Positions 39,533 to 49,415 of a stretch of 64,000 nucleotides of DNA are shown in pieces; the first letter of the stretch is position 1; each line of letters opens with the position of its first letter. The position numbers were made by a program, and so were the translations under genes. Under the pieces are notes generated by a model. The model saw only the letters and a list, made by a program, of their open reading frames with translations. It made no database searches and was not told the DNA's origin. The stretch comes from Verrucomicrobiota bacterium (GTDB taxonomy: Bacteria; Verrucomicrobiota; Lentisphaeria; JABSQK01; JAJFLO01). The stretch is taken from positions 2,039 through 66,038 of the forward strand of contig JAJFLQ010000134.1 in assembly GCA_021772615.1 (NCBI GenBank), read 5' to 3'.

Positions 39533-41704
39533 TTATGGTGCTTTGCTCTGCAAGAATTCAGCCAGCGCATCCAGATCCTGCAGATTTCTGCTGAGCGTTA
39601 GATCGAATACCTGCGTGGAGGCGGTCAAATCCCGGATAAACTGGTCAAACGCATCGCGATCCCCTGAATCAAAAAACCGATAGCGTTCGTGGATAACTTC
39701 GGTGATTCGAGCAAACGCGTCGTCACTGGTAATCGGCGTGATTTCGAATACATCGCCGATATGCGGAAAGAAAATGCGATCGAGCCCCCGGTCCTCATAG
39801 GGAGCGGCTGTGACATGATCGCTTAGTCTGATCTCCTTCTTTTTCACCCCGGCGAAATCTTTCCACTCGCAATCGATTTTTTCCGGAAAAAAGTGCTTTT
39901 CCGTCGCGGCAGTCACCCGCATTTTTCCATCGCAGCCGGAAATAAAGAACTGCCCTTCCTTACGTCGAAGAACAACGTGATCTTCCGCCAGGACCACCGC
40001 GCCGGCCTGGCCAAGGCGCAGGCTCATGGTTGATTTGCCCGAGCCATTGTGGCCAAAAAACATGTTCGTAGTCGCCCCCATCTGAATCCCTGCAGCATGA
40101 AGGTGAATGCGCCGGAAGCAGTACAGCAATCGGTACATTACGACCATGACGCTGTGCAGGATATAGTCACGGCTCTCACCTCGCGACATGATCGGCATGA
40201 CTATGATTGTGTGTTGTTCCCGCCGAAAAATGTGCGCAGCGACGGCATCATAGTAAATAATCGTGACATCTTCCAATTCCCGCCGTATGAAAATCGGCTT
40301 AAAGCCGTCGGAGTGATTCCTGCGTATAACCCACGGATCGTTACGTATCGTTTCGTCGTCAACGTCCAGGATGCAAAGCCGAATGTCCGGCGGATTCTTG
40401 CTGCCTGCGTCGGAGCAGCGGTGAAATTCGAGGCGAAACAAATCCTCGATCATGTCGATGTACGTCTCGTTCTCATATATAATGTGCGCAGACAGACTGC
40501 CAAAACGGAACCGCCCTTCCCGGTACGGCATAGCGTCGTCTGTCAATCGAAGGGGATTGCGAAGGAGGTAGTCGACGTTCCAGTCACGATGGGCGGATTG
40601 TGCACCCGAACGTCCCCCCAGCCTCCTAGTCAGGCCCCGAAAGAACGTCTTGTGATAAATCACGAGCCAGACGGGTAGACCGGCGATCCACCACACTTTT
40701 GCCGTTGCCGTACCGCAGGCATATTGCTGGAACGCCCACCGCTTTTTCTCCGCCAGAGTACTGTTTCCCAGCAAATGAAAATACTTCAGGCGGTCTGCGC
40801 GCAGACGCCATAATTGCTCGTGCTTCTTCACTGTCGCGGTGAGTGCCGGGAATTCGCCGTCGCACTCGAAAACAATCAGAAACATTGCCAGTACATTGGC
40901 CGCAATTGCTAGACACCCTTCGTGATCGCGCTCCGAGAAAAAATCGTCCCACGACAAAGAATCGTGAATTTTCCTGAGGATCATATAGAGATCGACGAAC
41001 GGACGGACCGTTATCGTTCCCAGGCTGATATCCTGATGAATTGTCAGGATCTGGGTGACAAGACAATACGTATCTGCAAGGCCGAGAAACGAATGGCTAT
41101 TTAAGGCAATCGTACATTTGCTGGCCCATATTCTATCGTAATCGAGGCGCAGCGCGATGTGCGTCCGCAGTTGATGGTGCAGGTCTAGCGGAATGCCGTC
41201 GTTGTGGAATTCGACATGATGCACAAAGCGAAACAGCAGATGCGATGTCAGCGTGACGCCCGACTCGGGTGCGAACCCCAGCTCGCGCAGCAGGCGTCTG
41301 CTGTGGTCGAAATCCCGAGGTCGCACCATCAAGTCGATGTCATGCGCCTCGCGGCGGTCGATATTGCCGTAAAATCGGCTGGCTAGATGGGGGCCCTTGA
41401 GAACAAGGAACTCGATGCCGGCAGACTCGAATCGTGTTGAGATCCGCCCCAGCTCCTGCACGAATTTCTCGTTGCGCTGCCATTGCATGAAATAACGATA
41501 CTTGAAGCGCGACCGGACATCACCGGGAAATATCGCCCGTTCGTGATCGCTCTTCAGGCATGTGTAAACAAAGCCGGCAAGTTGATTTTCCTGGCAGAAA
41601 TCAAAAAAACGATGCGGATCCGACTGTGCGAGCTGGTATCGAGCCAACTCGAATTCAGGCTTGACGATCGCTTTCAGTATTAAAAAGCCATGGAGGTCTG
41701 TCAT
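39533..41704 (-). CDS. fusion protein: N-terminal uncharacterised nucleotidyltransferase (NTP_transf_5-like) + C-terminal HprK-related P-loop kinase domain
   Basis: N-term FLVLKGPHLASRFYGNIDRREAHDIDLMVRP (NTP_transf_5-like); C-term LHAAGIQMGATTNMFFGHNGSGKSTMSLRLGQAGAVVLAEDHVVL (HprK-like P-loop). Confidence 0.65.
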   Translation of the reverse strand: MTDLHGFLILKAIVKPEFELARYQLAQSDPHRFFDFCQENQLAGFVYTCLKSDHERAIFPGDVRSRFKYRYFMQWQRNEKFVQELGRISTRFESAGIEFLVLKGPHLASRFYGNIDRREAHDIDLMVRPRDFDHSRRLLRELGFAPESGVTLTSHLLFRFVHHVEFHNDGIPLDLHHQLRTHIALRLDYDRIWASKCTIALNSHSFLGLADTYCLVTQILTIHQDISLGTITVRPFVDLYMILRKIHDSLSWDDFFSERDHEGCLAIAANVLAMFLIVFECDGEFPALTATVKKHEQLWRLRADRLKYFHLLGNSTLAEKKRWAFQQYACGTATAKVWWIAGLPVWLVIYHKTFFRGLTRRLGGRSGAQSAHRDWNVDYLLRNPLRLTDDAMPYREGRFRFGSLSAHIIYENETYIDMIEDLFRLEFHRCSDAGSKNPPDIRLCILDVDDETIRNDPWVIRRNHSDGFKPIFIRRELEDVTIIYYDAVAAHIFRREQHTIIVMPIMSRGESRDYILHSVMVVMYRLLYCFRRIHLHAAGIQMGATTNMFFGHNGSGKSTMSLRLGQAGAVVLAEDHVVLRRKEGQFFISGCDGKMRVTAATEKHFFPEKIDCEWKDFAGVKKKEIRLSDHVTAAPYEDRGLDRIFFPHIGDVFEITPITSDDAFARITEVIHERYRFFDSGDRDAFDQFIRDLTASTQVFDLTLSRNLQDLDALAEFLQSKAP

Positions 41705-41707
41705 GCG

Positions 41708-42184
41708 CTAAACCGATCGCACCCTGCGTCGACCGCCAAAGCCCGGCACCATTGTGATCAACCAGCGCCACCACGACCGCAGCAAATTAAATCTGGTGGC
41801 CCGCCGCCAGGCGAGGTCGTTTTCTGTTAACCACATGTCGTTGCGCCGACGTGCGGTAACCTTACCAAGAATCTCACTGAAGCTCACGTGATACTCCAGT
41901 GCGTGATCCATGCTGTCGCCTTTTATGATCACATATTGTTTTGGCCGATTTACGAAAATAACACGACGGGTCGGAAACTTGTCATCAAAACGATAGGTGA
42001 TAATATCTCCACATGAAATCCCCGAACCTTGGACAGCGCGGACAACCAGCTGATCGCCTTCCATCAGCAGCGGCAGCATGGTTTCGCCGTGAAAATACAC
42101 CGGGCGACGCGAGCTCGACGCGAGCAATTGCAGCTCCTTTGCGATGATGTGGCGATGTTCATGGTCCATGGTACTGTCACTCAC
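41708..42184 (-). CDS. S24/S26-like peptidase-fold protein with non-canonical catalytic positions
   Basis: HGETMLPLLMEGDQLVV / GDIITYRF / TRRVIFV resemble signal-peptidase boxes B/C/D but with Thr and Arg where Ser and Lys are expected; by-eye alignment only. Confidence 0.4.
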   Translation of the reverse strand: MSDSTMDHEHRHIIAKELQLLASSSRRPVYFHGETMLPLLMEGDQLVVRAVQGSGISCGDIITYRFDDKFPTRRVIFVNRPKQYVIIKGDSMDHALEYHVSFSEILGKVTARRRNDMWLTENDLAWRRATRFNLLRSWWRWLITMVPGFGGRRRVRSV

Positions 42185-42255
42185 GGAGCTACCTGAGTTG
42201 GTCTGAGGTCAATTATTCTCAATACCATTCTATAATCAGAAATGAAAGGTGAGCC

Positions 42256-42669
42256 ATGGAAAGTCGGTTTTCAGTGAACAGTGAGAATGCGGCGTGGCGA
42301 ATGGTAGAGGGCGAGGTGGTTATATTAAATGCCGAAACAACATACTACTACAGCCTGAACCCCACCGGCACCATCATATGGAAGCTGTTGCTTGACGATT
42401 TTTCCACGGTGCCAATAATCGCCACGTTCCTTGTCGGCATTACAAATCAATCACAGGACGTACTGGAACGCGTCGTCAAGGACTTTCTCGACCAGCTCGA
42501 AGACGAACAGTTGATTTTGAGCGATTTTGCCGAAGAACGCAACGACATCCAGCCGGATCCGGAATTGATTATGGCCGATATCTCAGCCGGTTTCGATGAG
42601 ACGGAGTATGAGGCGCCGGTGCTGCTGAAACATGACTCCCTCCAGCAACTGATTGTCAGCGCAGAGTAG
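42256..42669 (+). CDS. PqqD-family protein (RiPP-recognition-element-like peptide chaperone) with ~45-aa acidic C-terminal extension
   Basis: WRMVEGEVVILNAETTYYYSLNPTGTIIWKLL..VVKDFLDQLEDEQLIL matches the PqqD fold signature; RBS AAAGGTGAG. Confidence 0.75.
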   Translation: MESRFSVNSENAAWRMVEGEVVILNAETTYYYSLNPTGTIIWKLLLDDFSTVPIIATFLVGITNQSQDVLERVVKDFLDQLEDEQLILSDFAEERNDIQPDPELIMADISAGFDETEYEAPVLLKHDSLQQLIVSAE

Positions 42670-42832
42670 TGGGCGCCACCGACATTGAACCGCATGTCAC
42701 GGCGGGCATCGCGCCGGGGCGATAGTCGCGGACCGTGGAGCGACTGGCCGAGAAGGTATCGCAGAGTTTTTGCGTACTGTATCGCTACGGGACGGAGCCG
42801 GGTACAACGTTGAAAAACCGCCAATGGTTTGA

Positions 42833-44068
42833 TTGATCATGACCTCTACAAAATCCGACATCGTCATCGTGGGCGCGGGTGCGGCCGGCCTAATGGCGGC
42901 AATCTGGGCCGGCCGAACCGATTCCCGACGATCGATCATCCTGCTTGATGGCGCGCGAAAGTTGGGAGCCAAGATCCTCGTGGCCGGAGGCGGCCGCTGC
43001 AACGTAACGCACTACCACGTTGACCCGAAACGTTACGCCGGCTCGACCACACCGGCGATCGCGCGGGTGCTACGCCGTTTCGATGTCGCCGAAACGACAC
43101 GCTTTTTCAAAGAAATGGGAATATCGCTGAAACGCGAATCGACGGGAAAACTGTTCCCGACCTCAGATAAGGCCCGCGATGTCCTCAATGCGTTGCTCAC
43201 TGCGGCGAACGACGCGAATGTCGATATTCGCAACCCGTGCCGTGTCGACAATGTGAGTCGTACACCAGACGGTTATGCCGTCGACGGCGAATGGGGGCAT
43301 CTGACGTGTGAGAAACTCGTGTTGGCGACCGGCGGCTACAGCCTGCCAAAGTCGGGGTCCGACGGTAAGGGATTCGAATTCGTGAGTGCTCTGGGCCACT
43401 CGCCGACACGCACCTTCCCGGCTCTGGTTCCGTTGACACTGCCTGGCGATGATCAGATTTGTCAATTGAGCGGTATCACCTTACCCGCCTGTATTCGGCT
43501 TCATTCCGCAACCGGTAAGCGGATCGCAGCATTTACGGATTCGACACTTTGCACGCATTTTGGACTTTCTGGCCCGGCAATCCTCGACATCAGCAGGTAC
43601 TATCTGGATGCGGTCAGCAAGGATCCGGCTTCATACTTGACGATCAACTGGCTCCCCGCCATGTCGACTGACAACGTCGACGACGGCCTGCAGGCGCTCG
43701 GTCGTCGATCCGTGCAGGCGTATTTGCGGAAATGCGGATTGCCGGAGCGGCTGTCGGCGATGCTCTGCCGGTGTGCCGGTATCCCCGAAGGAACCAGGGG
43801 CGATCAACTCTTGCGTCGTCAACGACTGGACTTGTCGACAGCCGCTACAGCGATGCGGCTCGCCATTACCGGCGATCGCGGTTACACATTCGCCGAGGTC
43901 ACTGCGGGCGGCATTCCGTTAAATGAAATCACCCTGAAAAGCATGGAATCGCGTTGTTGCCCGGGGCTCTACCTGTGCGGTGAGCTATGCGCTGTCGACG
44001 GCCCGATCGGTGGTTTGAACTTTCAATGGGCCTGGGCCAGCGGCTATGTCGCCGGTGTATCGATCTGA
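42833..44068 (+). CDS. HI0933/BaiN-like FAD-dependent flavoprotein
   Basis: DIVIVGAGAAGLMAAIWAG...ILVAGGGRCNVTH..., C-terminal GELCAVDGPIGGLNFQWAWASG typical of this family. Confidence 0.8.
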   Translation: MIMTSTKSDIVIVGAGAAGLMAAIWAGRTDSRRSIILLDGARKLGAKILVAGGGRCNVTHYHVDPKRYAGSTTPAIARVLRRFDVAETTRFFKEMGISLKRESTGKLFPTSDKARDVLNALLTAANDANVDIRNPCRVDNVSRTPDGYAVDGEWGHLTCEKLVLATGGYSLPKSGSDGKGFEFVSALGHSPTRTFPALVPLTLPGDDQICQLSGITLPACIRLHSATGKRIAAFTDSTLCTHFGLSGPAILDISRYYLDAVSKDPASYLTINWLPAMSTDNVDDGLQALGRRSVQAYLRKCGLPERLSAMLCRCAGIPEGTRGDQLLRRQRLDLSTAATAMRLAITGDRGYTFAEVTAGGIPLNEITLKSMESRCCPGLYLCGELCAVDGPIGGLNFQWAWASGYVAGVSI

Positions 44069-44218
44069 ATCATTCATGCGATATTCAAACCAGGGTTCGA
44101 CGGGCGCAGCAGAGGGTGTACGAATTATTAAGGTTAGATGAGTCGTAACATATGCGAGCGACAGCGAGTGTATGATATTGCTCTCACTCTTTTGTTCTGT
44201 GGCCATTATTGCCTTCGC

Positions 44219-44674
44219 TCACGCGTTGGTTTGTTCATGCCAGTCAACCGGGAGGATCTGAATAATCGCGTCGACCGTACAGCGCCCCGAGAACTTCCCA
44301 TCACTACACGTTGCCTTCCAGAAAAACAGCGGAGTCTCGGAATCGAGCGACTCGAAATTTCTGACCCATTCCTCCATTATTGGGATCGTCTTCTTGTTCC
44401 TCTCCATAAACTCACGCCGCCGCCCGCGCCAAGCTCCAAGCTGGTCGTCAGCCAGTGCAAGTTTCCCTTGCTCCAATAGTTTCGACCCCCTGAGTCGACC
44501 TCGCCAAATGTCGAGTTGATGGTCACGAGGATAAAATGGCTCGCCGTGTCTGTCTCTGTCTACACGGCATTCCTCAATCTCGACGATGGATACGTCAGTA
44601 TATCCGGCTTTCGCCAGCTCTCTTGTCAGGTCATTTTTATTCATTTTAAACTGCAACAGAACGGCGACAATCAC
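44219..44674 (-). CDS. hypothetical protein
   Basis: 151-aa ORF with no recognisable motifs; coding status uncertain. Confidence 0.25.
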   Translation of the reverse strand: MIVAVLLQFKMNKNDLTRELAKAGYTDVSIVEIEECRVDRDRHGEPFYPRDHQLDIWRGRLRGSKLLEQGKLALADDQLGAWRGRRREFMERNKKTIPIMEEWVRNFESLDSETPLFFWKATCSDGKFSGRCTVDAIIQILPVDWHEQTNA

Positions 44675-44974
44675 CGCGCCGGAACGAATGGTTTAAACAT
44701 TGAACAACGCTGAGATTTCCCTTTTCGTTTCGCCCTGTTCTTTGAAGCAGCTGAGTACTATGGCCACATAATCCCGTTGGATCCACCTGAGATCGACTGC
44801 ATAGGCGGAAAGTAGCTCGGGTATTCATGAAACGCTTTTTCCAGAATTCCAATTTTGGGATTGATCACAGGCACATGATTTTCTTGGCCAACGGGACGCT
44901 CACCACGGGGAAGCCGCCGCAGCGCATTCCCCGTTAGCGTGAAGCGACTTTATCGGGGGAAATCCGACAACTTA

Positions 44975-47710
44975 TCATGATTCGGAGATTTTGATCTGCA
45001 TACTTTTAAGCGTTTGCCTGGCCAGTTCGCAAACTTGTACGGAAATAGTCTTACGAGACGACTCGATGGCTTCCAATATGGGAACGCCTTTCGGATCTCC
45101 ACAGTGGCCTAATGCTTCGACAACCTCGGTTATTAACGCATTCTTCTTACGCCTTGGTATTTCGGCAATTACTTGCCACACGCTCGCATCTTTGCGATAG
45201 GTTAGTCCGACAGCCGCAATTAACCTGGTTTCCTGCTCGTCAGATTCAAGAGACTTCTTCAGTAATTCAAGTCCGTGAGCGGTGCCGATTAACGCCATTC
45301 CTCGCGCTGCCTTTGAGCGAAGATGAATGCGTACATCGTCATCCTGAAAAGTTGGCAGTCGCGGAGAAATGTAGGTCGATGGATCCAGGAAAAGAGTCTG
45401 CAAGATCTCCATCGCCGTAACATCACCTATTGTTCCGAGTGTCTTCGCAGCGGCGACTTGGACAGTCCAGATTGGATCACGTAGAGCTTGGATCAAAGGT
45501 CGAACGGCCTGTTGGTCGCCGACGTGTCCCAAAGAATTGGCTGCAGAGCAGCGTAGTGAATCAGACGGCGAACCAAGCGCCTTTATGAGGGCTGGAGAAA
45601 CACGAGAATCTCTGGTGTAACGCAACCCGTACGCAGCTGCGCTACCACAGTCATCCTTCTTAAGTCGAGACAGCAAACCGGATACAGAAGCACGTGTGTT
45701 AATGCGACCTAGCGCCTGCGCTGCGCTGCAGGTAATCATGGAATACTGGCCTGGCGTGCCCTCACCGGCCGTCAGTTCATATGTTTTGCCGTCTAGACTC
45801 CGCAACAACGGCCTAATCGCACGAGGATCTCCCATTTTTCCGAGCGCAATCGCTGCTGCTTTCCTGAACGGCCGTATGCCGCCCCCATCCCGCCAGGCCC
45901 GTGGTGAACAACAATCCAACAACGGCGCCGATCAGGCACCGATGTAGAAGTGTGCGCCTGCGGTTTCGCCGACTCTGTTCGATCCTGCTCGCGGCGATGA
46001 GGCGTTGCTCATGCGGCATTAACACACCCAGCCCCATTGCACCCTGTTCTACGACCAGCAAATCCGGTCCGTCGAGGATCGCACCGTGATGGTCGTTGGC
46101 CCACTCCACAGCGCGATTTTTCAGTATCCGTCGAGCGCGTGGCCCAGGAAGATCCGACTCGTCGAATTTGTGTCGTATCGGCAAGGCCAAGGTGTCGTGG
46201 GCCAAGCGCGTCGTTCTCTTCGCGCTGTTGCCTTTTGAGCCAGATTCGAACAGTAGATAAAGGTTCTTGCATTCCTCCAGGAGTCCGGAAAGCTCCTGCT
46301 TGTGATTATTGTACATCTTCATCAGGTCATCTCGACACCGCTCAGCCGCTGTCATTTGTGGTGTGGTATGATACACCAACAGGTCAAGCACAAACCCGGA
46401 CGACACCAAATCTGGATAGACTCCCGCCAACTGCGCGAGCTGGCGATCTACAAAGTCGTCCAGGAGCAGACCCTGCTTTTTGATTCGTAGGTAAAGGGAT
46501 TCGGTAAATGCTGGCGTGGCGCTACTCAACTCCGCGGCTTCTTCCCACATCTTTGTCAACAAGATTTGCAGTGCCGGCGCCGTCGGGGAGTCGCGATCGT
46601 TAAGCAGGTCATCGGCAATCTGTTCCGGAACATGGGTTTCTATGGTAAGGCCATATTGCTTTTGCAATCGTGCCGTGCTCACCAGCCCGTTCACAATTTC
46701 AATAACGGCGTCTCGATCCAATGCCTCAAGGAATACTCTTCCAAAGCTTACCGCGTTCAGATCGAATATTTTCTGGACCTCCGGGAACCACTCCTTACGA
46801 AATGACACGAGTATCTTTCCCTGAAAATCGCGACCGTCGACCGTGAATATTTCACTGAGCGCCTGCGCCAATTCAGCCAATTCATTGGGCCGGTCCGCGT
46901 TCGGATGCGTAAACACTTCCTCTACCTGATCCAATAGAATGATGAGCGGCTTGCCGACCGCGACCTCGGCGGTCCGCCATGCCACCCTCAAGGGGGTTCC
47001 AACTGTGGAATGCCCCGGGCCATCGCTCCCGTCCTGATCGTCGGCCAAATGGATTAAGGCCTTTTGAATCGTGATCGTAAGACTGTCCTTCTGGTCCCGG
47101 CGAATGTACAGGATCTCGTAATCCCTCTTCAATCGCGGCAGGAGGCCGGCAGCCAGGAATGACGATTTTCCCACTCCAGTTTGCCCATAGAGCATTGTGA
47201 TCGGTGCGGCGGCGGCGCTGGTGATCCGCTGGTACAAACTCTTCAGTTCCCGATTGCGACCGAAAAATATTTCGGCATCTGTTTCGACGAAATACTGTAA
47301 TTAACGGAACGGCTTCGCCGGCAGATCGCGCCGGGGCAGACCAGGCAAACCCCAGCAAGGGTCTGGAATCGGCAAGATATCGGCGCATCGTTCCGTAACA
47401 GTCGCGATTGGCGCAGGTCCGCCAGCGGCAACGGACGAACAGGCAACGGAGTCACACATTCAAGCAACGCCCAATCTTCATGCTGATCATGAAATGCGCC
47501 GTAAATTACGGCTTCGGTCGTGTGCTCCGGAAATTTCAGCGTGATTGTGCCGGGGGCAGGAACGGGTGGGGTTTGGAAACGATCTGCGACTACATGCAAC
47601 GCAGTGAGCATCAGCCGCTCGGACACCAGGCATCCGGTTCCGCGACTGATATTCGTGCCATCGTCGACGATATCAATGCGAGCGATGGCGTTTCGGACCA
47701 CAGAATCCAT
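44975..47710 (-). pseudogene. decayed paralog of the protease-NTPase-repeat gene: trypsin-like domain (internally deleted) - STAND-type NTPase - TM - HEAT repeats, split by nonsense and frameshift
   Basis: ORFs 47243..47710 (trypsin N-term, MDSVVRNAIARIDIVDDG..GTGCLV..LTALHVVAD), 45813..47237 (P-loop MLYGQTGVGKSSFLAAGLLPRL.., TM) and 44975..45922 (HEAT/PBS repeats LGKMGDPRAIRPLL..) are collinear with the intact 54580..58902 gene; in-frame TAA at 47301..47303 where the intact copy has Tyr (PFRY-LQYF); frame changes near 47375..47415 and in the overlap 45813..45922 containing a C5 tract (45881..45885). Confidence 0.55.
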
Positions 47711-48349
47711 GATAAAACCAACTCAGGGTTTATGTAATCGCAGAGCTTGGCTTCCGTGACGACGGTCTCGCGCCGACACGGGGATAGAATGTCATCAACG
47801 GCGACCAATGGCAAGTATACCACTTTTGCCGTGCTGCGTCATGTGCGGCTGATGTACCGCAAGGCTATCAACGTAAGTGTGCAAATACAAATTAATTATC
47901 GAAAGATAGACAATTGTTCTATCTCAAGCAAGCGATTACGTGGTTGCGGTGCATACTGTGTGGATGACTCTGTTTCGCGTCTCGAACGTCACGCAAAGCT
48001 CTGAAAACTGCCCCGATTGCTTCAACTGCTGATAGCTCGACAGCTGTTTTGATCCATCGGGCTTCTACAGCAAGGCTTTCAGTGCACCGAAGGCAGATGT
48101 GTAGGTATGTGCGCAGGCGGTGCAAAATGCGCCTTACAAATCGCTTACAAAGTTGCTTCGCTCTTCTGGGGCGGTGGCACGGATTCCCCGACCAGATGGC
48201 GTTCGCTGCGATCGAGAAACGTCCAACTTACCGCTCACCGACTTATGAGCCGATAGCCCCGACGAACGACCCGTTATCCCGGGAATCTCGCATGTGTGAC
48301 TCTTGAATGCATATGGGTATGATGTATTGTAATACCAAAAGGGGCTGAT

Positions 48350-48592
48350 ATGCCAACTGCAAAAATTGCGATAAGTATCGACGAATCTATACTTGGACGT
48401 TTAGATCGCCTAGTCCAGTCACACGTTTTCCCAAATCGTAGTAAGGCCGTTCAAAGGGCTATTGAAGAAAAGTTAAATCGGATAGATAAGACTCGTCTCG
48501 CCAGGGAGTGTGCAAAACTTGATCCCAAACTCGAACAATGCTTGGCGGAAGAGGGAATGGATTGGGAAGTCGACGAATGGCCAGAATACTAA
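48350..48592 (+). CDS. type II antitoxin (ribbon-helix-helix-like, MazE/PemI-type)
   Basis: 80 aa, [22 protein letters not shown]...[14 protein letters not shown]; overlaps the downstream toxin gene by 16 bp; locally low GC. Confidence 0.65.
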   Translation: MPTAKIAISIDESILGRLDRLVQSHVFPNRSKAVQRAIEEKLNRIDKTRLARECAKLDPKLEQCLAEEGMDWEVDEWPEY

Positions 48593-48915
48593 GGGGTGAC
48601 ATTATTTGGGCGGACTTTAGTCCTGTTCGCGGTCATGAACAGTCTGGCAAACGACCCGTATTGATTTTGAGTCACGATGTTTTCAATGAACGTTCCGGTA
48701 CCGTGATAGCAATGGCGTTGACAAGCCAACCGCAACGTGCAGGCTATCCCTTGACTTACCAAATCACCACTTCGGATATGCCTAAGTCGTCGTGGGTTAA
48801 GATCAGTCAAATAAGGACTATCTCGACTCAGAGACTGGGCCGAAAAGTAGGAAAATTGGCATCGGAAGAGCTGGAAATTATCATTGATGGGCTAAACGAA
48901 ATAATCGGAGGATGA
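48577..48915 (+). CDS. MazF/PemK-family toxin (mRNA interferase)
   Basis: [34 protein letters not shown]...VIAMALTSQ typical PemK/MazF N-terminus; start set at internal Met 14 of ORF 48538..48915. Confidence 0.8.
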   Translation: MARILRGDIIWADFSPVRGHEQSGKRPVLILSHDVFNERSGTVIAMALTSQPQRAGYPLTYQITTSDMPKSSWVKISQIRTISTQRLGRKVGKLASEELEIIIDGLNEIIGG

Positions 48916-48963
48916 CCAGATAGCCACGAGCCGAATGATGAATCTTAGCAGAGCTCGGCAGTT

Positions 48964-49035
48964 TGAGGTAAAAGCCCAGTAACGTTGAACGTCCATTTTG
49001 GGGATCATCAAATCGATGGTGCGGGCGACCACGTT
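48964..49035 (+). repeat. dispersed intergenic repeat, type Y, copy 2 (carries small ORF 48985..49089)
   Basis: tgaggtaaaagcccagtaacgttgaacgtccattttggggatcatcaaatcgatggtgcgggcgacca. Confidence 0.6.
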
Positions 49036-49111
49036 ACCGTTCCTGTCATGATATATCCAATGGCACGCCGGCTGCAATCTGTAGCGTGATCAATTGTCGT
49101 TGGATAAAGGC

Positions 49112-49160
49112 TTTCGTTGGCGTCCACATTCCCGCTGAGCGGTGGCTGTGAACGTCCAAC
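49112..49160 (+). repeat. dispersed repeat type X copy 2
   Basis: tttcgttggcgtccacattcccgctgagcggtggctgtgaacgtccaac. Confidence 0.55.
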
Positions 49161-49415
49161 CCGTGTCGACTTACATGTCTCTTGGAGAAAAATTCATAAT
49201 TTGAACCGTACAATGCGGAATTTTGATCCAGGTTTCGGCAGGTCGCCGCGTCGCGTTAATGAGCTGAAACGCATCGAAGACTGCCGTCCCGCAAAAATGC
49301 GGGAGCGGTACCAAAACAGATCGCTCGTTCCGCAAGGCTTGTCACTACGCAAGTTACAGATGGTTATGGGATTGCTATTTACGCCTAACCTATTCGAGAG
49401 CACGTGCTTTGAGAC

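Noticed and set aside
34438-42669. Calling the cluster a lasso-peptide BGC
   Set aside because: There is no asparagine-synthetase-like cyclase, no transglutaminase-like B2 protease and no convincing precursor. Only the accessory-type genes (PqqD, HprK-like kinase, NTase, sulfotransferase) are present, so the class is left open.
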